Assembly (NCBI GenBank): GCA_963727625.1
Contig: CAVSHR010000008.1
Span: 345,944 to 409,943 of the forward strand
Source of the DNA: an uncultured delta proteobacterium
GTDB lineage: Bacteria > Desulfobacterota > Binatia > UBA9968
Length of the DNA: 64,000 nt
Direction: 5' to 3'
The notes under the pieces: model-generated
Told to the model about the DNA's origin: nothing
What the model saw: only the letters and a program-made list of their open reading frames with translations
Databases searched by the model: none
Translations under genes and position numbers: made by a program
Part shown: one piece after another, positions 40,051 through 49,353 of the stretch
How positions within the stretch are numbered: position 1 is the first letter of the stretch
Layout: each line of letters starts with the position of its first letter

Positions 40051-40967
40051 TCAACGCACCTCATGGTGGGCGTCGCGGTTATGTTTTGCTTCGATCATGC
40101 CGAGGTAGTGATAAATTCGCCCTTTGCTGCGATAACGTTCACGCTCTTTACCGATCAGCGTGAAAAAGGCAAACTGGCCCGCGGCGCGAACGAGATCAAA
40201 TAAGTATCCCAGCGGTAGTGCGCCTGCGAAACAGCAACCGACTGGCGCCTTGGCGCCGGTGGATCTGCTTGAAATATTCCTCGGTCAACCGATCCCGGTC
40301 GACGCGGTGGTAGACGATGGCCTGGGGAGCGTAACCGATGGCAATGCCCGCGCTTACCAGCCGGCGGGCGAGATCGACGTCCTCGGAAGTACCGGACGCC
40401 CCTGGGCCGAGCCGCTCATCTAAGCCGCCGACCTGGTTGAAAACGGCACGATGCATAAAAAAATTGGCGCCATTGAGGGAATGAACCGACTCAGTATCGA
40501 CGTCATGTTCCAGCTGCGGGATGGTGCGGTAGCGCTGCACGAGTTTGAGAATTTCCTGATCGGTGCTCGCCGGGGATTGGAGTTGAATCTGACCCTGCCC
40601 GACGCGGTATTTACCCTCGCGAAAAAAACTTTCCACCGCCTTGAGCCAATTTTGGTCTACAACCACGTCATCGTCCAGAAAGGCCACCATGTCGCTGGTA
40701 ACCGCCCTTACTGCGTCATTAATAGCCGCAGACTTGCCTGCGCGCGTCGACCTTGTCGATTCTGAGGGGCGTGGGAAAACCGTTATTAGCAATGGCGCGG
40801 AGGCATGGTGGGGTATCGTCGTCGGAGTTATTATCGACCACGATCACCTCCGGCCGGATTCTGTCCAGCCCGCGGAGTTGGCTAATGCTCCGCAAAAGCT
40901 GGGTCACAACTCTAGCGCGATTTCTGGTCGGAACAATGATCGCAATGCGCGGCGGGCAAGCGTTCAT
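40051..40967 (-). pseudogene. GT2 glycosyltransferase with two frameshifts
   Basis: IIVPTRNR/VIVVDNNSDD (40967-40740), GKSAAIN/FLDDD/GANF/SEDVDL (40740-40200), LFDLVRAAGQ...HEVR* (40200-40051) lie in successive frames. Confidence 0.85.
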
Positions 40968-41267
40968 GAACTGGGTCGAGACGTTGCGATTAGTTTTTTT
41001 GTATTCCTATCGATGGAGCTAGTTAATCGGCGCCGGATAATTTTCTACATTATACTTTACCGGTTTTGTTACATGAATGGTAGTATTAAATAGCGCCTCT
41101 TTAAAAAAAATCGGAGAGCGGGGTTTCTTAGCGCACTTGGCGGGCCGCTGTAGGTGAAATTACTTCACTTCATAGTTCTCGCGTAGGATTTCCACCCTTT
41201 CCCTGGGATTGCGCCAACGTTCAATTTCAATCAGCGCCAACTGGGTCATGAAACGTGTAATTGAATT
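40873..41267. repeat. ~395-bp direct repeat, copy A
   Basis: Aligns with 43574-43971; first 97 bp differ at only 2 positions, the rest is diverged. Confidence 0.92.
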
Positions 41268-41423
41268 TAAATATGCTGCAGCCGCCAGATTTTAATTTGA
41301 CTCAAAATTTGAGCGCGTAGTATAAGCTCGGCAAACAAAATTCGGCTGCTGTAATTTTGAAGTCTTCTATTTGTAGCGGCGTCAAGCAGCTAAGTGTAGC
41401 GATTGTTTCTGGGAACGGGCGCG

Positions 41424-42120
41424 ATGTACAGACAAACCTGTCGGCAAACTACGGCGTGGCTGTGCATCATGCTTGGCCTCTACTGGTTCATGCCGGGTTG
41501 CGCAACAGCGGGGACGGAACCTCGCGCAGGCGTCGGCCAGCGGGTCTCGAAAATCGCGTCCGAATTGATCGAGCTTCACGAGAAATACGCTTCCTACTTG
41601 GCGCAGGCAGGGATACCGAAAATACGAATTTCTACAGAGCCGGGGACAAAACCCAGACAAGGCGTCAGGCATACTGACGGGTTCCAGAATGGTGGGCGTC
41701 ACGGAAATGAGACAACAGGCACAAAAGGCCAAAGAAGACGCAAGGAAGTATCAGGAGCAGGTTACGCAAGAGCAAACGGCCAGGTCGATCCTTGGATTCG
41801 TTCCCTACGTTGGCTGGGCAGAGGCTCTAGTTCCTGGCAGTCAGCCTCCGCCGGAGCGGGATATTAAGGAACCCAGCAGTCTTCAAGTGACGATGTTGCT
41901 ACAGTCCACGGGAGAAAAGCAGACCCAAATCCGCTTCAAGATGCAAAAAGACGGCGAGCCAGTTTGGGATCAAGTGACAATCGACAAGCTGTGGGTGACC
42001 ACTCAAAGAGAGGCTATGATCGAATCCGGCCCGCCGCCCAGTGAAAATGCGCCGGTGACTCAACCGCCAACGAGTTCTACCGATCAAAAAGCAAAACAGT
42101 CGACAAAAAAGAAGAACTGA
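41424..42120 (+). pseudogene. frameshifted or chimeric exported lipoprotein-like gene
   Basis: Signal/lipobox-like ...FMPGCAT in one frame; the protein-like continuation YEFLQS..DKASGILTGSRMVGVTEM...KKN* is in another. Confidence 0.5.
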
Positions 42121-42141
42121 TCGTGCGTATGCCGCGAGGAA

Positions 42142-42166
42142 AGAAGGAGTGTCTGACACCCTTTCT
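42142..42166. terminator. hairpin between convergent genes
   Basis: AGAAGGAGTGTC-T-GACACCCTTTCT. Confidence 0.4.
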
Positions 42167-42249
42167 GCACAAGGTTAGGCGGAAACGATGGGCGAAGAGC
42201 ACGCAGCTGACGAACACAAGGTCATAAGATGGAGTCGAGGCCACGCCCA

Positions 42250-42597
42250 CTAGCCGCCGACCGCTTCTTGCAAGGAAGGACTGAGAAGCGTGGCGCTTAT
42301 TCCCTGCTTTCCCGTGGTGATACTGAGAAACTGGTTAACCGGAGCGGAGCCAAGAATGCGCAGGAGCAACGGCTTAACATCAGAATGTTCTTCGACCCCC
42401 GACAAAGGAATCTGCCGCGAGGCGGACGTGTGATGGGAATAATTAAAAATCGTCAGACCGCTAGCCAGCTGCGTCTTAGGATCGACCCTCAGCAAGATTT
42501 GGTCCGAGAGTTGATAGCCGGTGGATGGAGCGGGCTGCCCAAAGGTAACGTAGAGGATGTCCCCATCGGGGTCATAGGTGATGCGGGTCGCTCTCAT
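42250..42597 (-). CDS. DUF2283-family putative antitoxin
   Basis: ITYDPDGDILYVTF N-terminal motif; downstream of a small toxin-like gene. Confidence 0.8.
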   Translation of the reverse strand: MRATRITYDPDGDILYVTFGQPAPSTGYQLSDQILLRVDPKTQLASGLTIFNYSHHTSASRQIPLSGVEEHSDVKPLLLRILGSAPVNQFLSITTGKQGISATLLSPSLQEAVGG

Positions 42598-42603
42598 CGA
42601 TTC

Positions 42604-42909
42604 TCACCTCCTGTGCCGAAGGATCTGGTAAGCGGTCACGATAAAATTGTTCTCGGTGCCGCCGGGAGTAATGCCGAAACGAACCACGGCGACGATGGTA
42701 CTGTTGCCGGCGGGCAAATCTTCAAAGTCTCGGTAATAGAGGAACACGTCGGGACGGATCGAATCTTGAAATCTTCGGCCTCTCTGAATCGTCTCCAACA
42801 CCTGGCTTTCATAGCCCTGCATTTCCGGATGCTCTTCGCAGATGTGATTCCAGCGTTCATCGGTCAAATAAATCTCATGGCCCAGATGGTCTTTGGCGGT
42901 TTGCGGCAT
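42604..42909 (-). CDS. putative BECR/RelE-fold ribonuclease toxin
   Basis: IYLTDERWNHICEEHPEM...FIVTAY pattern, 101 aa, paired with DUF2283. Confidence 0.7.
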   Translation of the reverse strand: MPQTAKDHLGHEIYLTDERWNHICEEHPEMQGYESQVLETIQRGRRFQDSIRPDVFLYYRDFEDLPAGNSTIVAVVRFGITPGGTENNFIVTAYQILRHRR

Positions 42910-43050
42910 TGCATGGAACCAATCATTAAAGTCGACTTGCTTGGACTCCGGGTCTCATCGTGGCGCCCAAAGATTAGGCCCGTGACAGCTCCATGGGAGA
43001 AGATTTTAGTCGGGAGTTGCTATGAAAACAATAGGAGTAGATTGAGGTCG

Positions 43051-43257
43051 GATCCATCTCTTCCCGCCGGGCATCCGTTCAGCGGCGTTCAGTCGGATTT
43101 TTATCGGTCGATTACTGCCGATTCTAACTTCGCGACCAATGCGTGGGTCTTAAACCTTGAAGACGGCGAGGTGAACACGACACCGAGAACTCAGTTGCGT
43201 TTCCGGTGGTGCGTCCGCGGAGGGATTGGCTATCCGGCAACTGGGGGAGCCGGCTAA
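43051..43257 (+). pseudogene. C-terminal remnant of a DUF1566 (Lcl/CLec-fold) protein
   Basis: PSLPAGHPFSGVQSDFY(R)S...AWVLNL..G.V......WCVRGG; no start or N-terminal part. Confidence 0.75.
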
Positions 43258-43350
43258 TGAGTCGGGACATCGTGCAGACTACTGGATTCCAGGTCCGTTG
43301 CAAGCGACGCGAAAATTAACAGCAACCCGTGGCATGCGAGTTTTGCTATC

Positions 43351-43476
43351 GGTGAATCCGGGTGTGGAATCAGACCGTGATCGACCGGCTGTGGGTAAGG
43401 ACACAAAGAGAAGCGATGATCGAGTCAAGGCCGACGACAATAACTCGACGACCAACCGTTACGCCAGAGCAGAATT
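43351..43476 (+). pseudogene. fragment paralogous to the 3' end of the 41689-42120 ORF
   Basis: VWNQTVIDRLWVRTQREAMIESRP vs VWDQVTIDKLWVTTQREAMIESGP. Confidence 0.8.
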
Positions 43477-43573
43477 GACTCAGGGGCGGCCGAAAAAATA
43501 GCCGGTCTCGCTTCGATGCAGGAAGTGTAACGAGCGAGTTTATGAAAAGACTCCCGAACCCTTTTTCCCACTC

Positions 43574-43971
43574 CGGAGTTGGCAAATGCTCCGCAAAAGC
43601 TGGGTCACAATTCTAGCGCGATTTCTGGTCGGAACAATGATCGCAATGCGCGGCGGGCAAGCGTTCATGACCTAAGGCGAGAGATGGCGCGATTATCTTT
43701 TTTGCATTCCTGATTGATGGAGCCGGCTTGTGGACCTGAGGCAATCGTATATAACGCACATTACCGAATTTATTACATGAACGGTAGTATTAAGCGGCGT
43801 TTTTTAAAAAAAACCGGAGGCTGCGGTTTCGTGATGCAGTTGCCAGGCCGTTGTAGGGGAAATCACTTCATTTCATATTTCTACCGCAATAATTCCACCC
43901 TTTCATTGGGATTCCTTCAATGTTCAAGTTCGGCCAGGGTTAGCTCGATCATAAACGCGCGTAATTGAATT
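43574..43971. repeat. ~398-bp direct repeat, copy B
   Basis: Second copy of 40873-41267, including the first ~31 codons of the GT2 gene. Confidence 0.92.
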
Positions 43972-43989
43972 GGTGAAACCCCGAATTCG

Positions 43990-43998
43990 TGCTATATA
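43990..43998 (+). promoter_or_regulatory. possible extended -10 promoter of the glycan locus
   Basis: TG-C-TATATA about 30 nt upstream of the first gene. Confidence 0.35.
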
Positions 43999-44029
43999 GA
44001 TTTGAGTTTTTCCTGAACCTTTATCTTCT

Positions 44030-44968
44030 ATGAGTACTCGGGTTCTTGTTACAGGCGGCGCCGGTTATCTTGGTTCGGTGCTCTGTGAGCACTTGCTCGG
44101 CGCCGGCTACCATGTGACCGTCCTTGATAGCCTAATCTATCAGCAAAATACCCTCTTCCATCTCTGCTCTAATTCTAATTTCGATTTTATTCATGGAGAT
44201 GCGCGGGACGAACGCGTGCTGCAGCGGTTAGTTCCTAAAGCTGATGTTCTGATACCTCTCGCGGCGCTCGTCGGGGCACCAGCTTGTGACCGCGATCCGT
44301 CGTTTGCCAGATCGGTTAATTTGGAAGCTGTGCAACTAATCAAGCGATTGCGCAGCCCGCGCCAGCTTGTCGTCTATCCCACAACCAACAGCGGCTATGG
44401 TACAAAAACCGGTGATGTCTTCTGCACGGAGGACACACCTTTAGAGCCGATATCGCTCTACGGCCAAACCAAGATTCAAGCGGAGCAGGAGCTGCTGGAG
44501 AGTCCGAACGCCATTACCCTGCGCCTCGCCACCGTTTTTGGCATGTCGCCGCGGCTACGACTTGATCTCTTAGTCAATCATTTTGTTTACGCTGCGGCGA
44601 CCGATGGATACATTGTAATTTTTGAGAAGGATTTCAAGCGCAACTACATTCATATCCGCGACGTCGCCGACTGCTTTGTTCACTGCATTGAAAATTCTAG
44701 CCGGATGACCGGCAGGCCTTATAATGCCGGGCTTGATGCTGCGAATTTATCCAAGGAAGAGCTGGCGCTCAAAGTTAAACAGTACGTGCCCACCTTCTAC
44801 CTACATTTTTCCGAAGTCGGGTCAGATCCGGACAAGCGCAACTACATTGTCTCGAATCAGCGACTGCGGGAGGTGGGGTTTGAAGCGAAGCGTTCGCTCG
44901 ACGAAGGGATTCAGGAACTCATCAAGGGTTACCGTATGATGGGCCGTGGGCCGTTCAAAAACGCTTAA
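44030..44968 (+). CDS. NDP-sugar SDR, GDP-heptose C4-dehydrogenase-like (Cj1427/WcaG type)
   Basis: TGGAGYLGS, PLAALVGAP, YPTTNSGYG, YGQTK, RLATVFG.SPR.RLDLLVN, DPDKR match the Cj1427 pattern as recalled. Confidence 0.8.
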   Translation: MSTRVLVTGGAGYLGSVLCEHLLGAGYHVTVLDSLIYQQNTLFHLCSNSNFDFIHGDARDERVLQRLVPKADVLIPLAALVGAPACDRDPSFARSVNLEAVQLIKRLRSPRQLVVYPTTNSGYGTKTGDVFCTEDTPLEPISLYGQTKIQAEQELLESPNAITLRLATVFGMSPRLRLDLLVNHFVYAAATDGYIVIFEKDFKRNYIHIRDVADCFVHCIENSSRMTGRPYNAGLDAANLSKEELALKVKQYVPTFYLHFSEVGSDPDKRNYIVSNQRLREVGFEAKRSLDEGIQELIKGYRMMGRGPFKNA

Positions 44969-44996
44969 TCTATCTCCCTAAAGGCTTCCCTGATAA

Positions 44997-46292
44997 ATGA
45001 CGGGCACAAAGGAGATGGAGCTTTCAAGGGTCACCGTGGCTGTGCTTGCGGGCGGACTTGGCACGCGTTTGCGTTCCAGAGTTTCGGATCGTCCGAAGGT
45101 ATTAGCTGAGGTCGGGTCCCATCCTTTTCTTGCTTATTTGTTGGATCAGCTTGTAGCCGGCGGCTGCCGGACCGCTGTGCTGTGCACGGGATATCTAGGG
45201 GAGCAAGTCTCCCGCGCGTTTGGCGAAACCTATGGGCCCCTTCGCCTGGTGTATTCCCGAGAGCAGACGCCGTTGGGTACGGCAGGCGCCTTGAGGTTCG
45301 CGCTGCCGAACATCGAATCTGACCCAGTTCTCGTCATGAATGGAGATTCCTATTGCGACCTGGACATCCGTGCTTTTTGGAACTGGCATCGCCGGCGAGA
45401 AGTTGCGGCAAGCATCGCGCTGGCGCGCGTGGCACGAAGCGAACGGTACGGCCGGGTTAGGGTCGATGAAGATGCTCGGGTGACGGAGTTTGCCGAGAAG
45501 CAAAAAGGCGCGGGACCGGCTTGGATTAACGCCGGTGTTTATCTGCTTAGCCGGGCAGTCGTTCAATCCATCCCAGAGGCGACAATCGCTTCGTTGGAAA
45601 AGGACGTCTTTCCGCGCTGGGTGGACCAGGGCCTCTGTGGTTACAGGAGCCTCGCGCGTTTTATTGATATCGGCACGCCGGAAGATTTTGCCGCGGCGGA
45701 AAATTTCTTTTCGCGGCCAAACAAATCACAACGACGCCGTTATGTGGTGCTCGATCGGGACGGCACGATTATCGAAGAACGCGGGTATCTCGCCCAACCG
45801 GAACAAGTAACCTTGCTACCGGGAGCCGGAGCCGCCCTTCGCCAACTCCAGCGGATGGGATTCGGACTGGTGGTCGTTACCAACCAATCGGGTTTAGGGC
45901 GCGGCCTCTTCGATGAGCAGCAGTTGAAACGCATTCATGAGCGCCTGGAGCAATTGCTAGAGGGGCAGGGCGTTCGTTTAGGTGGTTTTTACGTTTGTCC
46001 GCACAAACCTGACGATGATTGCCTCTGTCGCAAGCCCAGACTCGGTCTCTTGCAAAAAGCTGCATTGGACCTGAACTTTAGCTTGGAAGAGAGCATTGTT
46101 ATCGGAGACAAACCTTGCGATATTGATATGGGTCGTTTGGCGGGAGCGAGGACCTTCCTGGTGCGTACAGGCTATGGCGGCCAATTTGAAAATGAAACGG
46201 CGGCTGATTTCGTGGTGGATGACCTAGCGGCTGCGGCAGAGTTTATTGGGCGTCTGTTGGAAACTGGCGGAGGACTCATTCATGGTCATTAG
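44997..46292 (+). CDS. fused heptose-1-P guanylyltransferase (HddC-like) and heptose bisphosphate phosphatase (GmhB-like)
   Basis: LAGGLGTRL, PLGTAGA, NGDS, FIDIGTPED; then DRDGT, TNQSG, CPH..DDDCLCRKP, IGDK. Confidence 0.92.
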   Translation: MTGTKEMELSRVTVAVLAGGLGTRLRSRVSDRPKVLAEVGSHPFLAYLLDQLVAGGCRTAVLCTGYLGEQVSRAFGETYGPLRLVYSREQTPLGTAGALRFALPNIESDPVLVMNGDSYCDLDIRAFWNWHRRREVAASIALARVARSERYGRVRVDEDARVTEFAEKQKGAGPAWINAGVYLLSRAVVQSIPEATIASLEKDVFPRWVDQGLCGYRSLARFIDIGTPEDFAAAENFFSRPNKSQRRRYVVLDRDGTIIEERGYLAQPEQVTLLPGAGAALRQLQRMGFGLVVVTNQSGLGRGLFDEQQLKRIHERLEQLLEGQGVRLGGFYVCPHKPDDDCLCRKPRLGLLQKAALDLNFSLEESIVIGDKPCDIDMGRLAGARTFLVRTGYGGQFENETAADFVVDDLAAAAEFIGRLLETGGGLIHGH

Positions 46293-47382
46293 TCGAACTC
46301 CATTTCGGATCTCGTTCTTTGGTGGCGGTACCGACTATCCCGTCTGGTATCGGGATCACGGCGGCACGGTACTAGCCACGACCATTGATAAATATTGCTA
46401 TCTCAGCTGCCGGTATCTGCCGCCATTTTTCGAACATCGAATTCGCCTGGTTTATTCGCGCATTGAAAACTGTCAGAACGTCGATGAAATCACCCACCCA
46501 GCGGCTCGCGAGGTGCTGCGCTTTTCGGGCATCGAGCGCGGCGTGGAGATACATCACGACGGCGACCTTCCGGCGCGCAGTGGCATGGGATCCAGCTCCT
46601 CGTTCACCGTTGGACTGCTGCACGCGCTTTACGCTCTCCAGGGACAAATGCCGAGTAAACGCCAACTGGCGTTGGAAAGCATTCGAATCGAGCAGGAATT
46701 AATCAAGGAAACTGTCGGCTCGCAAGATCAAATGTTGGCGGCCTTCGGGGGATTCAATCACGTCGTATTTGCGCCGACTGGCGAGATTTCAGTGCGACCC
46801 GTAACTGTCTCGGCCGATCGTTTGAAAGAGCTGAATTCGCATCTTATGCTTTTTTATTCGGGAATCGAACGTACGGCGTCGGATATTGCCGAAAGCTACA
46901 TTACGGATCTTAACGGGAAAAAGAGCCAGTTGCGGATCATGAAAGGTCTGGTGGAAGAAAGTCTTGCGGTCTTGAACGGCAGCCAGGATATTCGAGCGTT
47001 CGGCACATTGCTGCACGAGGCATGGCAGGCCAAGCGCGGTTTGAGCGCCCAGGTCTCTAATAGTCACATTGATCAGATTTATGAGCTGGCGATGGCGAAC
47101 GGCGCCCTCGGCGGCAAACTGCTCGGCGCCGGAGGCGGGGGGTTCATGCTCCTTTTTGTTCCGCCGGAGAGGCAAGAGCGAGTGAGAGAATGTCTCAAAA
47201 AGCTTATCTATGTGCCTTTCCGGTTCGAATTTTCCGGCAGCCAAGTTATTTATTTCGATCCGCGAGAGGAGTACTACACCGAAGAAATGGTCCGTGCTTC
47301 CCGTGATGGGGAGCTGAGGAGTGATGGCTCGATCGGGCCATTGGGTTGGGAGCCGGCTAAAACCAGCGACAGAGAGCTGTAA
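46282..47382 (+). CDS. hddA: D-glycero-alpha-D-manno-heptose-7-phosphate kinase (GHMP)
   Basis: TPFRISFFGGGTD, PARSGMGSSS, GSQDQ, GKLLGAGGGGF. Confidence 0.9.
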   Translation: MVISRTPFRISFFGGGTDYPVWYRDHGGTVLATTIDKYCYLSCRYLPPFFEHRIRLVYSRIENCQNVDEITHPAAREVLRFSGIERGVEIHHDGDLPARSGMGSSSSFTVGLLHALYALQGQMPSKRQLALESIRIEQELIKETVGSQDQMLAAFGGFNHVVFAPTGEISVRPVTVSADRLKELNSHLMLFYSGIERTASDIAESYITDLNGKKSQLRIMKGLVEESLAVLNGSQDIRAFGTLLHEAWQAKRGLSAQVSNSHIDQIYELAMANGALGGKLLGAGGGGFMLLFVPPERQERVRECLKKLIYVPFRFEFSGSQVIYFDPREEYYTEEMVRASRDGELRSDGSIGPLGWEPAKTSDREL

Positions 47383-47424
47383 GATTAGCCGCTGCCAGTT
47401 AACTTCAGATTGTTGTCGGTGAAC

Positions 47425-48387
47425 ATGGATAAAAATGCCAGAATCTACATAGCCGACGATGAAGGCCTTGTGGGAAATGCGATCCGGCTCGAGCTTCAAC
47501 GTGAGGGCTACACGAATCTTCTGGCAGGACCGAACGGTCCGAGATTGACGGATTCCGCTGAGGTCGATGATTTCTTCGCGCGTACCCAGCCGACATACGT
47601 CTTCTTGATCGGAGGAAAGACGGGCGGCATCAAAGCGAATCAAAATTACCCGGCGAGTCTGATGCGCGATAATTTGCTAGCAAATTGTCATGTTATCGAT
47701 AGTGCTCAGCGTCATCGTGTGCAAAAATTGCTCTATCTCGCCAGCGCCTGTGTCTATCCGAAGTTTTCCGACCAGCCGATGAAGGTAGAATATTTGACCA
47801 CGGGTAGGCTGGAGCCGACCAATGAACCATATGCCATCGCCAAGCTTGCCGGGCTGTTTCTGTGCCAAGCCTACCGCCAACAGTTTGGAAACCATTTGAT
47901 TACGGCGATTCCGGCCAACGTTTTTGGTCCAGGCGATAATTTCAACGTTGATGATGCCCACGTCATCGGCGCCCTCATGCGCCGGATGCACGACGCCAAA
48001 ATGCGTAGCGAGAAGCGTGTCGAGGTTTGGGGTAGCGGCACGCCGCGCCGCGAATTTATTTTTTCCCGGGATCTCGCCCGTGCTTGCCTGTTTCTAATGG
48101 ACGCTTGCGAAAGTGCCGAGCCCGTCAATATCGGGGTCGGATTCGACTGGTCGATCAAAGAGATCGCTGAGATGATCCGCGAAATCGTGGGGTATTGCGG
48201 CGAGTTAAGCTTTGATCGCACTAAACCGGACGGCATGCCGGCAAAGCTACTGGACTCCAGCCTCCTGGAGCAGCTGGGCTGGCAACCGCGCACGCCGATT
48301 AGCGAAGCTCTGGCGCTCACCTATGAATGGTTCCGGCAACACGAATCGCAAGGTAAAGGTATGGAAGATGCGCGAGCGTTTCTATAG
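47425..48387 (+). CDS. GDP-fucose synthase (Fcl/ColC)-like epimerase/reductase
   Basis: GGIKAN, CVYPK, LEPTNEPYAIAK, HVIGAL, WGSGTPRREF, KPDG. Confidence 0.9.
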   Translation: MDKNARIYIADDEGLVGNAIRLELQREGYTNLLAGPNGPRLTDSAEVDDFFARTQPTYVFLIGGKTGGIKANQNYPASLMRDNLLANCHVIDSAQRHRVQKLLYLASACVYPKFSDQPMKVEYLTTGRLEPTNEPYAIAKLAGLFLCQAYRQQFGNHLITAIPANVFGPGDNFNVDDAHVIGALMRRMHDAKMRSEKRVEVWGSGTPRREFIFSRDLARACLFLMDACESAEPVNIGVGFDWSIKEIAEMIREIVGYCGELSFDRTKPDGMPAKLLDSSLLEQLGWQPRTPISEALALTYEWFRQHESQGKGMEDARAFL

Positions 48388-49306
48388 GGCCCTGTACCGA
48401 ATCCGGCGAGTCGAAGAGGAGATTGCCGCCGTTTATCCGACGGACAAGATCAAGAGCCCCGTCCATCTTTCCATCGGCCAGGAGGCCGTCTCCGTCGGTG
48501 TCTGCGAAGCGCTCGCAAAGGACGACGTTGTTTTTGGCACCTACCGAAGCCACGCGCTCTATTTGGCCAAAGGCGGGGACCTGCGCAGGATGATCGCCGA
48601 GCTTTACGGCAAAGTCGACGGATGCGCCAAGGGCAAAGGCGGATCGATGCATTTGGTCGATATTGATGCCGGCGCCATGGGCGCATCGGCGGTGGTTGCC
48701 ACGACAATTCCACACGCTGCCGGCTACGCGTACGCGATGAAGCTCCAAGGGAGGCCTACCGTCGTCGTCAGTTTTTTCGGCGATGGTGCGGTTGATGAAG
48801 GCGTGTTTCACGAAACGATGAATTTTGCCGCGCTTAAAGCGCTGCCAATTATTTTTGTCTGCGAGAATAATTTTTACGCGATCCACACCCATCAGTTGCG
48901 CCGCCAATACCTCGGTAACATCTGTGATAAGGCGCGGTCCTACGGCATGACCGCCAAACAGATTCCCGACAACGATATATTCGCAATCCACGAAAACGTG
49001 AGTGCGGCAGTGACACGGTTGCGTAGCGGCGTGTCGGAACCGTGTTTTTTTGAATGCTTGACCTACCGGTTAAAGGAGCATGTCGGCCCCAATGATGACT
49101 ACCATTTGGGCTATCGGACGCGGGAAGAGGCGGAGCCGTGGATTAGAAACGATCCGATGACAAAGCTCGCGGCGCAGATCGAACCGACGCGGCGTAGGCA
49201 AATCGAAGCGGCGGTGAACGCCGAAATTCGCGACGCCTTTGATTTTGCCGAGGCCGGCGCTTTCCCGCCCGCGGAAGAACTCTATACTGACGTTGTCGAG
49301 GGCTAG
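48368..49306 (+). CDS. TPP-dependent E1 alpha-like subunit
   Basis: HLSIGQEA, GKGGSMH, GDGA...ENN TPP motif. Confidence 0.93.
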   Translation: MRERFYRALYRIRRVEEEIAAVYPTDKIKSPVHLSIGQEAVSVGVCEALAKDDVVFGTYRSHALYLAKGGDLRRMIAELYGKVDGCAKGKGGSMHLVDIDAGAMGASAVVATTIPHAAGYAYAMKLQGRPTVVVSFFGDGAVDEGVFHETMNFAALKALPIIFVCENNFYAIHTHQLRRQYLGNICDKARSYGMTAKQIPDNDIFAIHENVSAAVTRLRSGVSEPCFFECLTYRLKEHVGPNDDYHLGYRTREEAEPWIRNDPMTKLAAQIEPTRRRQIEAAVNAEIRDAFDFAEAGAFPPAEELYTDVVEG

Positions 49307-49353
49307 TGGGGTGTTTCGAAATCCATTGACAATCGACTCGGCACACTTCCCCC

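Noticed and set aside
42229-43257. 342-aa + strand ORF as a single gene
   Set aside because: Mostly antisense to the toxin/DUF2283 pair; only the last ~68 codons resemble a protein family (DUF1566).
43051-43257. Active diversity-generating retroelement
   Set aside because: No reverse transcriptase, template repeat or adenine-specific repeat pair in the window.
40873-43971. IS or prophage bounded by att sites
   Set aside because: No transposase, integrase or terminal inverted repeats; the repeats are long, diverged gene-derived segments.
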